A stretch of 64,000 nt of DNA, taken from positions 1-64,000 of IMG/VR virus record IMGVR_UViG_3300017758_000003. One strand, 5' to 3'. Origin of the DNA: a virus. Positions 17,903 through 28,203 of this stretch are shown here, piece after piece. The first letter of the stretch is position 1. Each line of letters begins with the position of its first letter. The notes beneath the pieces were generated by a model, which worked only from the letters and a program-made list of their open reading frames with translations, did no database searches and had not been told where the DNA came from. A program made the translations under genes and the position numbers.

Positions 17903-18831
17903 ATTAATCCATTCCCTTTTAATTTAACCCACTTCCAAGTTACTCCCCATTTCTTATACTCCCTTAATTTCCTATCACAATATTTGTACATAAGTTCAGA
18001 GGTATGACTCCAAGGTTGTGGTAATACCTTCGTGAAATGTCTATTCACTTGGGATGTTGTACTATAAATAAAGTCAGGATGTGTTTTATCATCTTGTGAG
18101 AATCCTGAATCCCATGTAGTTCCTTCAGTATCTAACATATGAGCTTGTTGAGATATGTAAGAGAAGTATGGGGAATATACATAAGGGAAGACCCCTCTCA
18201 TTCTTGGTCCTAAGGTATCTAAGTATAAATCAACTGGCATGTTGATCTTATAGTCCTCCCTAATCTTCCATAGAACTGAACGGTCCAAGATGTATGCGTG
18301 TGCACCAATACCATCAAATGGATTGGGTTTTTGTAATGAATCTGTATATTTCTCTCCCTGTATCTGTTGTGTCGTTCTTCCAACCCACATAATATCAGAA
18401 TAATATTTCTCTGAGTCGTCTATAAACTTCTTATAGTCTCCACTGAATATATGTTCACATAACTCAGGAGATGGTCTTGCATCATCCTCTAAGAATAATA
18501 CTTTCCTACCTTCAACATTCTCCCATGCAAATTCCCATGCTTTCCTATGGGCAAGTGCAATACCTATCATATTCTCTGTAAGTCCAAAGTGTTCATAGTC
18601 GTGCCATTCCCCATTTAAGGTTCCATCACTTAAAAGTTCCTCAACATCAAAGTCCTTTGGAAATACCGAATCTGAGAATACATAATCAAACCCCTCAAAG
18701 GAACTCCATGCCTTTATGAAGTCCTCTTTTCTCTTTTTGTTGTTTGGGTCAGTAATAACCACCGCTGATGATGCACCAAAGTTTCTTAAATGTACCTTGT
18801 GATACTTTACTTTACTTTTTTTCTTCGACAT
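17899..18831 (-). CDS. glycosyltransferase family 25-like protein
   Basis: IGIALAHRKAW, VLFLEDDA, GAHAYIL, PVDLYL. Confidence 0.75.
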   Translation of the reverse strand: MSKKKSKVKYHKVHLRNFGASSAVVITDPNNKKRKEDFIKAWSSFEGFDYVFSDSVFPKDFDVEELLSDGTLNGEWHDYEHFGLTENMIGIALAHRKAWEFAWENVEGRKVLFLEDDARPSPELCEHIFSGDYKKFIDDSEKYYSDIMWVGRTTQQIQGEKYTDSLQKPNPFDGIGAHAYILDRSVLWKIREDYKINMPVDLYLDTLGPRMRGVFPYVYSPYFSYISQQAHMLDTEGTTWDSGFSQDDKTHPDFIYSTTSQVNRHFTKVLPQPWSHTSELMYKYCDRKLREYKKWGVTWKWVKLKGNGLI

Positions 18832-19063
18832 CTAACATATCCTGTGTGAATTCATCAACCATGTTCTCCACTTCTTTCTTACCCCCCTTAGTTCTCATAT
18901 CTACACTCTTACCTCTTCTCGATGCAAGTTCTACAAGTATAATGAGTAAAAAAACCTCGGGTATTATAATCTCCCATTCCATTCCTGTTTTCTTCATCGA
19001 AATGGTGATCACCACATAAGAGAAGAAACGGATCTTTTTAATAAAATTGATTAAACGTTTCAT
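18812..19063 (-). CDS. small membrane protein
   Basis: 83-aa ORF overlapping the GT25 start. Confidence 0.45.
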   Translation of the reverse strand: MKRLINFIKKIRFFSYVVITISMKKTGMEWEIIIPEVFLLIILVELASRRGKSVDMRTKGGKKEVENMVDEFTQDMLDVEEKK

Positions 19064-19106
19064 ATACTTAAATTATACAGATAAATACTTATAAAATAAA
19101 GTCGTT

Positions 19107-19796
19107 ATGTATAAACATGTTTGTTCTTTTGGTACCATTTGTCACACCGCAAGGTTTATGCAACGTATCCACCTAAAAAAGGAGTCCTATCCCTTTGATT
19201 GGACATTTTCTGATGAAACTATTATAAGTGACTGTCTTGAGGATCGTTTTGAAAAGTTTTTGGACAAATCATACTATACTGATGTTAAAAACGACTTCCA
19301 TGAGTTTAATTGTGGACATACTCACTATCACGAAGATTTCTTCTTCCATAAAGATCCACGTAGAGATGATCACTATCAGTACTATAAAAGATGTGTTGAT
19401 CGTTTTAATACTATGTGTGAATCACATAATAGAAAGTTATTCGTTGTTTTGTTTTCCCCCGAAATTACAAAACACCCCTTAAGTCTCTCTAAGATAGTTG
19501 AGAGTGGTTCAGATAAACAAACTATTATTGAGGACATGAAACGTAGGGGACGTATCATTAATAACTCCTTATCTAACTATACAACTAACTATAAGTTATG
19601 TGTTGTTATGAACTTTGGTGATAATGAAGTTCAGACTTATGATCTTCAGGTTGATGGTTGTGTAGACTTTCTTACTCTTAATACCATTTCCCCCTCGCAA
19701 GGTGTAACATTTTCAGGAGGTTGGAGTACGAACCAACATCCAGACAATTATTATATGTCAGGTTTATTTACAGAACTATACAGACTAACTCTCTAA
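19107..19796 (+). CDS. DUF1796 putative papain-like peptidase
   Basis: SFGTICHTA...KKESYPFDW...YKRCVDRF. Confidence 0.7.
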   Translation: MYKHVCSFGTICHTARFMQRIHLKKESYPFDWTFSDETIISDCLEDRFEKFLDKSYYTDVKNDFHEFNCGHTHYHEDFFFHKDPRRDDHYQYYKRCVDRFNTMCESHNRKLFVVLFSPEITKHPLSLSKIVESGSDKQTIIEDMKRRGRIINNSLSNYTTNYKLCVVMNFGDNEVQTYDLQVDGCVDFLTLNTISPSQGVTFSGGWSTNQHPDNYYMSGLFTELYRLTL

Positions 19797-19859
19797 CCTC
19801 TTCTGACCCTTCGGGGTACCGTCGGATGACCACTTCGTGGGATTGAAATATTTATTTGT

Positions 19860-20588
19860 GTGAGATTAGTATGGACATATAGTAGAGATTTTAAAAGAGG
19901 TAGTCTTAATAATAAATCTGAAGAAGAGTACATACAATGGTTATTTAAGAAATCCATCACATCCTCCCCCGACATTTATGAAAAGATAATCTATACTGAT
20001 AAGGAGAACGTAGGACTGTTTAAGGATATAGTAGACAAAATTATAATACGAGAGAAGAAAGACTTCATTTTTCTTGCCGATCTAAAGTTTGATGTTTCAG
20101 AGTTACTACAAGGTGAGTTCTTGATATTGGATGGTGATTTAGTTATAAATAAACCCCTTATTATCCCCCCGTGTGATTTTGCATTTGAATACCAAGGTAA
20201 AATAAAACCAAAAGTAAAAGAATTACATAACATACTTCTTAGTGAGGGAGTGTCAGATAAAGTTCCTGTATGGGGAACTAACAATGATTACTACTATAAC
20301 TTAGGTTTAATGTACTTTAATAATGATTTGTTAAAGGAAAAACTTTTGTATGAGTATAGATCCACTCAAAACTACTTTATCGAACATATAGAACCTAAGT
20401 ACGGGTTTAATAAAAGAAATATACAGTTTTCCGCGTGTGGGTCACAAATCTTAGTAAAACAATTTGAACTAAACAACGAGTGTAATATAGAAGAACTCAA
20501 ACATGACAATGTAGATAGTTTTACACACTACGGACACCTAAAGAAATTCGATTTAATGAATGAGTTTAGACCTAATAAATTAATTTAA
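19860..20588 (+). CDS. GT-A fold nucleotide-sugar transferase-like protein
   Basis: FLILDGDL (DxD motif), YNLGLM. Confidence 0.55.
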   Translation: MRLVWTYSRDFKRGSLNNKSEEEYIQWLFKKSITSSPDIYEKIIYTDKENVGLFKDIVDKIIIREKKDFIFLADLKFDVSELLQGEFLILDGDLVINKPLIIPPCDFAFEYQGKIKPKVKELHNILLSEGVSDKVPVWGTNNDYYYNLGLMYFNNDLLKEKLLYEYRSTQNYFIEHIEPKYGFNKRNIQFSACGSQILVKQFELNNECNIEELKHDNVDSFTHYGHLKKFDLMNEFRPNKLI

Positions 20589-20611
20589 GTAACGTTATTC
20601 TATTTTCCTGA

Positions 20612-20618
20612 TATTTAT
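20612..20618 (+). promoter_or_regulatory. putative phage late promoter TATTTAT (representative copy)
   Basis: Same heptamer 4-45 nt upstream of about 20 genes on both strands. Confidence 0.65.
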
Positions 20619-20636
20619 ATAGAAAACCACATTAAA

Positions 20637-21767
20637 ATGAAGAAAATTAAACTAACAGAATCACAATATAATAAACTTATGTTGAATGAAGGTTCATACG
20701 ATCAGATCGTAGGACTTATGGGTTCTAAACTTAAATCAGGTGCAAAAACTTTAAGTAGTACCGACCTATCAAGTATTGCTGATAGTATATATGATGCAAT
20801 CAAAGGTGTGGGTACTGATGAAGACGCAATTAAAGCGGGGTTTTCAAAATGTGTCAACCTACATGATGTACAAGCATTAGCAAGAACTTTTCAAAAAAAT
20901 ACAGGAGAATCAATAGTCAGTTGGTTAGATGGTGACATTGATAGTGAAAATGATTGGAACGTTTATGTCTTAAGACCTATTAGAAACGCATACAACACGT
21001 CCAAACAACAAGGACACTTTGAAGCGGTGAAGGTAAGTAAGGTTGAAGAATCAATCATTGCAAAATTTCCTTGTCTAAAAGATACACCTGGTTATAAATT
21101 TTATAAGGAAGATGCTGGTAGAGGTATTCTTTACTTTACTGCAGATGGTGGAAACTATTATGGTATTAAACCTGATGGAACATTATACCTGTATAGTAGA
21201 GACGAAAACAAGTATGTTGCCTTCCCTGAAAAAACTAAATGTGTCGGTGCACAATATACCTCAATAGATGAATTAAACTTACATAATATTGCAGAGTACG
21301 GAGATACTCATGAATATGGTAGTGAAATCGAAGAAGCGGGACTTAACTTAAACCCAGGTGGTGTTACACCTGAGAAGAAGGAAGATCCTGTTAAAAAAGA
21401 TGATGAAGTTAAAAAAGATGATGAGGTTAAAACAGACGCAAGTGCTGGTCAAGAAAAACAACCTGTACAATCAACAACAAGATTAATGACAGGGACTGAT
21501 GTTTCTGAAATCCAAAAAATGTTACACGACGCAGGTCTTGGTGACGTTGTTGGGTCTATTGATGGTAAGTTAGGTAAGAATACTTTAGCAGGAATTAAAG
21601 AATTTTTGTTAGGTGCTAATAGAAAGAAGATTGAAGCAATTGCAAAACTTGAACCTAAAGGAATAGAAAAGATTAAGACTAATGTTACCTCCCCTGAATT
21701 AAGAGTGGCGGAATATGGTTCAACACTAAACGAAAGTCAGAAAAGATTTAAAAGATTAATTCGATAA
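20637..21767 (+). CDS. putative virion protein with annexin-like repeat and peptidoglycan-binding domain
   Basis: IYDAIKGVGTDEDAI; GTDVSEIQKML...IDGKLGKNT; N-terminal MKKIKLTESQ. Confidence 0.65.
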   Translation: MKKIKLTESQYNKLMLNEGSYDQIVGLMGSKLKSGAKTLSSTDLSSIADSIYDAIKGVGTDEDAIKAGFSKCVNLHDVQALARTFQKNTGESIVSWLDGDIDSENDWNVYVLRPIRNAYNTSKQQGHFEAVKVSKVEESIIAKFPCLKDTPGYKFYKEDAGRGILYFTADGGNYYGIKPDGTLYLYSRDENKYVAFPEKTKCVGAQYTSIDELNLHNIAEYGDTHEYGSEIEEAGLNLNPGGVTPEKKEDPVKKDDEVKKDDEVKTDASAGQEKQPVQSTTRLMTGTDVSEIQKMLHDAGLGDVVGSIDGKLGKNTLAGIKEFLLGANRKKIEAIAKLEPKGIEKIKTNVTSPELRVAEYGSTLNESQKRFKRLIR

Positions 21768-22105
21768 TGAAAATAGTTCTTACTGAAACACAATTAAACT
21801 CTCTTGTTGAGACTGATTATGAAGCATACGTCAAAACAGTATTTAAAGACGAAGAGAAATTAAAAGACGAAGTAGATACACACATTTCAGAAGACTCTGA
21901 AAAATGTAAGTGTGAATGTAACGAGGATGGGGAAGATTGTAAGTGTCCACCTGAGTGTGAAGAATGTGACTGTAATGAAAAAGAGTTAGGAGAATGGAAT
22001 CCGAACGAATCTGTACCAACACAACCTGGTGGTTTAATGCAGGGAGCAATGTTTCCTAAATGGATACAAGAAAATAAAAACAACTTTAAAAGATTAATTA
22101 AATAA
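21767..22105 (+). CDS. putative virion protein with Cys-rich segment
   Basis: MKIVLTETQL; CKCECNEDGEDCKCPPECEECDC. Confidence 0.6.
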   Translation: MKIVLTETQLNSLVETDYEAYVKTVFKDEEKLKDEVDTHISEDSEKCKCECNEDGEDCKCPPECEECDCNEKELGEWNPNESVPTQPGGLMQGAMFPKWIQENKNNFKRLIK

Positions 22106-22107
22106 TT

Positions 22108-22338
22108 ATGGCAGACCAAGCATCATCAAGACAAACAACTAATGATATTAGAAGTAACCTAACCTATATCAACTCACTAATAGATGCTGAAGCGGCTAAA
22201 GGTGGAGAATGTATTGTGGTATCACCACAATATATAACAGACCCAATGATTAATACACTAGTAAATGCTAAAGGTTACAATGTAACTACAAAATCAGATT
22301 CATTGGGATCCTATAAAGAATATAAAATATCGTGGTAA
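22108..22338 (+). CDS. hypothetical protein
   Basis: Operonic 76-aa ORF. Confidence 0.65.
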   Translation: MADQASSRQTTNDIRSNLTYINSLIDAEAAKGGECIVVSPQYITDPMINTLVNAKGYNVTTKSDSLGSYKEYKISW

Positions 22339-22667
22339 TGAAAAATATTAAACTAACAGAAGAACAATATAACAGACTATTTGAAAAGAAACAAATAGAA
22401 GAACAATCGTCGCAACAAGTTACATGGCCACAAATGGATGATGATGAAAAAAGGGAATACCTACAAAACTTTACATCTGATTCTGAAAAAATAGAACAAA
22501 TGTTACGTAGTCCTGAAGATCCTACGAAGGAGTTTGAAGGTATGAGTGACGATGGTAGTGTCGGTGACATTTCCGTTGAAAGATCAACACAAGAGATACT
22601 CGATGATATAGAGGGGGATGCCGATGAAATTCGACGTTCCATAGAAATTATAAAATCGAGAATGTAG
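22338..22667 (+). CDS. putative virion protein
   Basis: MKNIKLTEEQY start, coupled to the previous stop. Confidence 0.6.
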   Translation: MKNIKLTEEQYNRLFEKKQIEEQSSQQVTWPQMDDDEKREYLQNFTSDSEKIEQMLRSPEDPTKEFEGMSDDGSVGDISVERSTQEILDDIEGDADEIRRSIEIIKSRM

Positions 22668-22678
22668 GTAGGTGGTTA

Positions 22679-22705
22679 AGAGGGACGTTTGTCCCTCTTT
22701 TTTTT
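22679..22705 (+). terminator. intrinsic terminator
   Basis: AGAGGGAC-GTTT-GTCCCTCT followed by T-run. Confidence 0.8.
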
Positions 22706-22896
22706 GCCCCCTTGACTTCCAAGATAAAATTCCTTACTTTTAGTATAGAATGAAACAACAATACAAAATCAAAATAACTCCATTATCAGAAGAAAAGTTC
22801 TGTTCAGTTAAACCTCATGTAATTGAAATAGAAACAGATAATTTAGAGTGGAGTATGGACCAATACCAAAGGAATAGAAATCCACTCAAGTGGGAA

Positions 22897-23268
22897 TTAG
22901 TAAAGTAGTTGTTTGTGTTTATCTAATACTTTGTATCCATAATCAATTCTTGTCTCAATCAAAGGAGCGGAAAAACCAACAATCTCCTTTATCTCTAAAA
23001 CCAATTCATTATCCTCACCAATTAATTTGGGGTTATCAAAGTAAACATACCTGTTTTTTTCAAAACCATTTAACATCTTATAATACGTAGACTCAAAGGT
23101 ATTGAGTTCGTCAAGTAATTTTTCTAAATGTAGTAGATAAGGTGATACTTTCTTTTCGACGATAAAAGAGTAATCGACCGATTGTAAATAACCAAGTACC
23201 ATATAAGACTTATGTTCAAAATCAATCGGATCATTAATATACCAACCTATAGGTAGAGTTGTAATCAT
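22897..23268 (-). CDS. hypothetical protein
   Basis: 123-aa ORF with TATTTAT upstream. Confidence 0.6.
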   Translation of the reverse strand: MITTLPIGWYINDPIDFEHKSYMVLGYLQSVDYSFIVEKKVSPYLLHLEKLLDELNTFESTYYKMLNGFEKNRYVYFDNPKLIGEDNELVLEIKEIVGFSAPLIETRIDYGYKVLDKHKQLLY

Positions 23269-23283
23269 ACCTATAAATAGTTT

Positions 23284-23937
23284 TTAAATTAATCTTTTTT
23301 CTTTGAATTCATTTAATATTAAACCTGCAAAATCTCTGTGACCCTTTGGGGACCAATGACTATCTTGGGATAGACCTTTAGTGTAATTTTTGAATCCTTG
23401 ATATTGTGACCACTTTGTGTGATCCCAAACAACACATGTAACTCCTCTCATATTAAGTTCTTGTTTAAGTGAGTAACCTAACATCATATAGTACGTGTCT
23501 AATGAAGGTCCCACATCTCTAAAATCAACGAGAAATGAATTCCATGTATTTTCTTTGTTCTTATCTTCACACTCTATCGGTCCACTTGAAATTATTGGGT
23601 CTCCTCTTTTCCCCCCGTTCCATATTCCTAAGTCATCAGCAGTACTTTTTTTCATGTAGTTTCTTGCGGGATAAGATAAACCAATACTAACATAATCTCC
23701 CTCCTCAATCTTACTTAGTTTTTCAATAACCTTAAATAAGATATGTGGTGAAGAGTTACCACCCACACCATAATCTTGTCTTAATAGGTTTAATTCTTTT
23801 GATACAATTTTTTGCCAAACGATCATTTTATCACCTCGATCTTCTAAGATATCATCCCACTGATTTTGTGTCATATCCAAAGGTCGTCCGAATTTATCTG
23901 AAAAACTATCACCAAAGACCCACAGTTTACTTTTCAT
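23284..23937 (-). CDS. SGNH/GDSL hydrolase-like protein
   Basis: WVFGDSFS ... DSHWSPKGH. Confidence 0.7.
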   Translation of the reverse strand: MKSKLWVFGDSFSDKFGRPLDMTQNQWDDILEDRGDKMIVWQKIVSKELNLLRQDYGVGGNSSPHILFKVIEKLSKIEEGDYVSIGLSYPARNYMKKSTADDLGIWNGGKRGDPIISSGPIECEDKNKENTWNSFLVDFRDVGPSLDTYYMMLGYSLKQELNMRGVTCVVWDHTKWSQYQGFKNYTKGLSQDSHWSPKGHRDFAGLILNEFKEKRLI

Positions 23938-24770
23938 CAGTTTACTGCCCTACCTTTCATCAGTTCCCAATCTCTAAGTGCCCTCACGTCATCGTTTGTT
24001 GATTCTGTAGCACATAACACATTATTGGTTGTGTGTAACTTGAAAGATAAATCAATCATTGCCGCCAAGTCTTTTGGGAAACAGTGACCACCAAAACCAA
24101 AGTCACCATCAGGTCCTGGTACCGACCAATGTGAATCACCAAGTCTTGGATCTAATGTTGCATATTCCACAACCTTATCATAGTCAATTTCAAGTTTATT
24201 ACACAGTTGATATATTTCATTTGCAAAACTAACTTTTACAGATAGAAACGTGTTAGTTAGGTACTTTACCATTTCAGCGTGTGTCGAGTCAGTTTTAATA
24301 ATCTTAGCATTAGGAAATACTTTTGCAAATATTTGTTTAAGATTTGTTGTGTGAGGTCTTGGACCTCCTAATATAATCCTATCTTGATTGTTATAATCCT
24401 CTACTGCATTTCTTTCTGTAAGAAATTCGGGATTAAAAATTATATTAAGGAACTCATAACTTGAATTTAATCTTTCTGTTGTACCACATACAACAGTAGA
24501 TTTTAAAATAATTGTTTTCTTTTCGTTGTTATTTGAACAAATTAAATCAACGGCATCAAGTGTACTTTCAATGATGGAAGTATCACAACTTCTATCACTA
24601 TTCATCGGTGTGGGTAGACACACGAATATATAAAGTGAACTCGTAACAACCTCTTCTAATGTTGAGTTACTTAAATGTTCTTTTTTATCATACGTATTAA
24701 CCTTAAAATATTTACTAAATTTTTGAGTCACTGCGTTTCCTACAAATCCTTGTCCTATTACTCCAATCAT
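23937..24770 (-). CDS. ugd: UDP-glucose/GDP-mannose dehydrogenase family protein (short form)
   Basis: GQGFVG, VCLPTP, KSTV, FNPEFL, AEMVKY, GFGGHCFPKD. Confidence 0.85.
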   Translation of the reverse strand: MIGVIGQGFVGNAVTQKFSKYFKVNTYDKKEHLSNSTLEEVVTSSLYIFVCLPTPMNSDRSCDTSIIESTLDAVDLICSNNNEKKTIILKSTVVCGTTERLNSSYEFLNIIFNPEFLTERNAVEDYNNQDRIILGGPRPHTTNLKQIFAKVFPNAKIIKTDSTHAEMVKYLTNTFLSVKVSFANEIYQLCNKLEIDYDKVVEYATLDPRLGDSHWSVPGPDGDFGFGGHCFPKDLAAMIDLSFKLHTTNNVLCATESTNDDVRALRDWELMKGRAVN

Positions 24771-25681
24771 AATAATTCTGTTCTTAAATACTCCATTAGG
24801 TTTATGGTCGGGTCGAAATCAAACCTATCTCTTAGTTTGGTACAATCCAATCCATACCTTCTGTCGTGTCCCATCCTGTCTTGTATAAATTCAAATTTAA
24901 CAGGGTAGTTTATTATACCTCCGATATTACGGAGGATTTCTTTATTTGTATAACGGTCACCAGTACCGATATTCCATATTCCAATATCCGATAACATCAA
25001 ATCAAAAATGATATTAACATTATCCTCAACCCAAATCCATTCTCTTATTTGACTACCATCACCATATACGGGGACAACTTGATTATTACTAATACAATCC
25101 ATGACCTTTGGTAAGAACTTTTCTTTGTGTTGAAACTTACCATAATTGTTACACGATCTTGTTATCACATAAGGAAGTTCAAATGTTCTACCCGCTGAGA
25201 TAACAATTTGATCTGCAGAAGATTTGGATGCGGAATAGTAAGATGATGGTTTACAAACATCACCTTCTAATGACATTTTTTTATGGGATCCCGTATCGTT
25301 TAAATCACCATAAACTTCATCTGTAGATATTTGTACAAACTTGTAAAAGGTTTTCATTTTACGTGCTAATTCAACTAAATTGTATGTACCATTTATGTTT
25401 GTTTGTATAAATGGGTTACCGTCATCAATAGAATTATCAACGTGTGATTCGGCAGCGAAGTTTACGATGTACTGTACATCACCTATATCTTCTTTAGTTA
25501 AATCACAAATATCTTTTTCAATAAACTCAACGTTAGGTGGTATTCTTTCTAAATTAGAGGCGTATGTTAGTTTATCCACCACAATTATCTCAAAACCTTT
25601 ATGTCCCGAATTATGTTTATTCAATAGATGTACAAAGGATGATCCTATAAACCCTGCACCACCTGTGATTAAAACTTTCAT
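24767..25681 (-). CDS. rfbB: dTDP-glucose 4,6-dehydratase
   Basis: TGGAGFIGS, DKLTYA, FAAESHVD, ISTDEVYG, YSASK, NNYG, DRMGHDRRY. Confidence 0.9.
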   Translation of the reverse strand: MKVLITGGAGFIGSSFVHLLNKHNSGHKGFEIIVVDKLTYASNLERIPPNVEFIEKDICDLTKEDIGDVQYIVNFAAESHVDNSIDDGNPFIQTNINGTYNLVELARKMKTFYKFVQISTDEVYGDLNDTGSHKKMSLEGDVCKPSSYYSASKSSADQIVISAGRTFELPYVITRSCNNYGKFQHKEKFLPKVMDCISNNQVVPVYGDGSQIREWIWVEDNVNIIFDLMLSDIGIWNIGTGDRYTNKEILRNIGGIINYPVKFEFIQDRMGHDRRYGLDCTKLRDRFDFDPTINLMEYLRTELL

Positions 25682-25768
25682 TGTGTAAAATACCTATATG
25701 TATTTATGAACAAGAATGTTCCATAAAATAGAAGCGCTGTTATTAAGAACACATCTATAGTTTCAATT

Positions 25769-26488
25769 TTATTCAAAAAATTCTTCATATCTCCTTGTGT
25801 TTAAGGAAAAGTCTTTAGTCTGATGTAGACTTGACTTTTTTATATCTGTATTCCTTGTGGTTGCGTAGTCATAAATTGACTTTCTTTTAGTACCAACATT
25901 TATCACACCTTTAAAATCCTTGTTTTTACAGATATTAATAATCATCGGACTAATAACATCAACATAATCTTTGGATGTGTACAGATTATCGTACGCATTT
26001 TCGTAGGGAAATTTACCATTTCCAAAACTTGTTCGTACTATTACGTGGTTAGGTACGAATTTGACAGATGATTCACCCCCTAATTTTGACCAAGCATATA
26101 AATTATATGGGTTAATTGGATCAACTTCAGAATAATTACCTGACATACCATCATAAACATAGTCAGTTGAAATGTATATTAACCTTTTATTGGTTTTAAT
26201 ACAAAATCTTGACAAGTTTGCAGTCCCAACAATATTTGTCTGTATAAATTGGTCTTTTTCTGACAAAGTTTCACTAACGTCTATCATGGCAGCAGTGTGT
26301 ATTATGGTATTAAAGGGTAATAACTCCTCAAAATGGTGTTTCGAACCTATTGTACACATTTCTCTACTGAAATTTGTCATAATAAGTCCGTTAGAATCCT
26401 TTTTTAGTTGTTTCCCTAATAGACCATTACCGCCAGTGACAGCAATTCTATCGATATCATTAACGGGATATGTATTTTGTACCTCCAC
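25769..26488 (-). CDS. rfbD: dTDP-4-dehydrorhamnose reductase-like protein
   Basis: TGGNGLLG, YISTDYVYDG, PYNLYAWSKLGGE. Confidence 0.8.
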   Translation of the reverse strand: MEVQNTYPVNDIDRIAVTGGNGLLGKQLKKDSNGLIMTNFSREMCTIGSKHHFEELLPFNTIIHTAAMIDVSETLSEKDQFIQTNIVGTANLSRFCIKTNKRLIYISTDYVYDGMSGNYSEVDPINPYNLYAWSKLGGESSVKFVPNHVIVRTSFGNGKFPYENAYDNLYTSKDYVDVISPMIINICKNKDFKGVINVGTKRKSIYDYATTRNTDIKKSSLHQTKDFSLNTRRYEEFFE

Positions 26489-26558
26489 CCTATAATCTAA
26501 GAAAAATATTCCTAAAAGTCCACCCCCACCAAACTAATAAAACCACATATTTATAGAT

Positions 26559-27449
26559 ATGGATAAAAAGACACTATTAGAAGATATTAAAAGAATACAC
26601 ACACTAACTTATGGTGGTCAGAAGACAAATATGATTGTTGAGGGGTTATTTGATAGTGATGATACGAAAGCGGACGAAGTTTCTGACGATGTTAGTGAAT
26701 TCATAGATAGTTTAAAACAGACTTCTATTAGTGGTTTATCTCAAGAGGAAAAGGGTAGTATGGAATACAAGAAAAGTGTAGAATCCATGCAAATTTCATT
26801 AGTTTTATTGGGTTATGAGTTACCTGTACACGGTATAGATGGTTTATTTGGTCCTGAAACTGCAAGTGCAGTGAAACAATTCATGAGTGATAACCAAATG
26901 GAGATTGGTAGTGAGGAAATGTTAATGGTTACTCCTGAAGTAATGAGTTTATTAACTAAAAAAGTACAAGAAAAGGGTGTTAGTAGTGAAGATCTTAAAA
27001 AACACATAAATAAACCGTTAAAACACGATGGTTCTTTAGGTGAAAAAACTGATGGTATAACAATTGCCACTTATTTAATGAAGAAAAACTATTCCAAAGC
27101 ACAATCGGCAGGAATTGCAGGTAATTTGTATGTGGAGTCGGGTTATAGGACTGGTGTTATAGGCGATAATGGTACTTCCTATGGGTTAGCACAATGGCAC
27201 AAGACAAGATGGGAACGTTTGAATAAGTTCTGTGAATCTGAAGGATTAGATCCATCAGAAGCAGAAGCCCAACTAATATATTTAGATTGGGAACTACGTA
27301 CACGTGAGAAAAGGGCATATAAAGAGTTAATGAAAACCGATACACCCTATGATTCAGCATATGCGTTTGCAAAGTACTTCGAAAGACCACGCAAAATAAA
27401 CCCCAAAAGAATGTCTAAGGCTGAGGAGATATATAAACGTTTAGGATAG
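26559..27449 (+). CDS. peptidoglycan-binding + phage tail lysozyme domain protein
   Basis: IDGLFGPETASAVKQF; AGIAGNLYVESG...SYGLAQW...YFERP. Confidence 0.8.
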   Translation: MDKKTLLEDIKRIHTLTYGGQKTNMIVEGLFDSDDTKADEVSDDVSEFIDSLKQTSISGLSQEEKGSMEYKKSVESMQISLVLLGYELPVHGIDGLFGPETASAVKQFMSDNQMEIGSEEMLMVTPEVMSLLTKKVQEKGVSSEDLKKHINKPLKHDGSLGEKTDGITIATYLMKKNYSKAQSAGIAGNLYVESGYRTGVIGDNGTSYGLAQWHKTRWERLNKFCESEGLDPSEAEAQLIYLDWELRTREKRAYKELMKTDTPYDSAYAFAKYFERPRKINPKRMSKAEEIYKRLG

Positions 27450-27450
27450 T

Positions 27451-27666
27451 ATGAAAGTATCAATAACCGAAAGTCAACTTAAATTAATAGTAGAGGACAG
27501 TAAAAAGTCCAAAAAAGACAAAAAAACACCCAAAAAAGACCAAAACAAGGGTGATTTTGACCGTTTGGCCTATTATTTAGAGTATTATAGTAATCTCACA
27601 CCATCAGGATTTGATATCTGTAAAAAAGGTGATGATATCATCATTTCCATCCCTGAACGTAACTAA
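27451..27666 (+). CDS. putative virion protein
   Basis: MKVSITESQL. Confidence 0.55.
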   Translation: MKVSITESQLKLIVEDSKKSKKDKKTPKKDQNKGDFDRLAYYLEYYSNLTPSGFDICKKGDDIIISIPERN

Positions 27667-27773
27667 ACTTGTTTTTTTCGTTTTTTTCATGTAACATTGT
27701 ATTAACAATTACTTAACATTGGATATTTATTAAGTAACGAATCACAATAAACAGACTTAAAAAAACAAGTAAC

Positions 27774-28145
27774 ATGAAAAATTTATTTTTAGTAATGTCT
27801 ATACTTCTGTCGACCACAATTTACGGTCAAGAGTTCAACACAGATGTAAAGAAGTCTACAAAAGAGTTTGAACTTATGTATGATGATTACTATAAAGTTA
27901 CCATGAGTGAAATTGATGGTACGATAACACAAGAAGGTTTTTACTCTGTCGGTGAGGACGGTAAATTAGACAGAGAAGGTAAGTGGGTGTTATATAGTGA
28001 TGGAGAAATCCTTAGTGTTGGTCAATTTAGTAACGATCAACTTGTTTGGATTAAAAGTGGTGGTGAGAAATTCACAAGACAACAAATCATAGATGAAAGA
28101 AAAAGATTAAGGTCAACGTCAGTTGCACTTAACACAATTAAGTAA
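27774..28145 (+). CDS. exported protein with MORN-like beta repeats
   Basis: Signal peptide; QEGFY..GKLDREGKWVLY. Confidence 0.55.
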   Translation: MKNLFLVMSILLSTTIYGQEFNTDVKKSTKEFELMYDDYYKVTMSEIDGTITQEGFYSVGEDGKLDREGKWVLYSDGEILSVGQFSNDQLVWIKSGGEKFTRQQIIDERKRLRSTSVALNTIK

Positions 28146-28203
28146 TAACTTAAACACATCACAAAAAAAGGGGACTATATGTCCCCTTTCTTATTTCCTT
28201 AAT

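Noticed and set aside
21390-21432. 18-bp tandem repeat (and 15-bp repeat at ~55966-56010)
   Set aside because: In-frame low-complexity linker expansions (VKKDDE, NSNSS) with no sign of independent function
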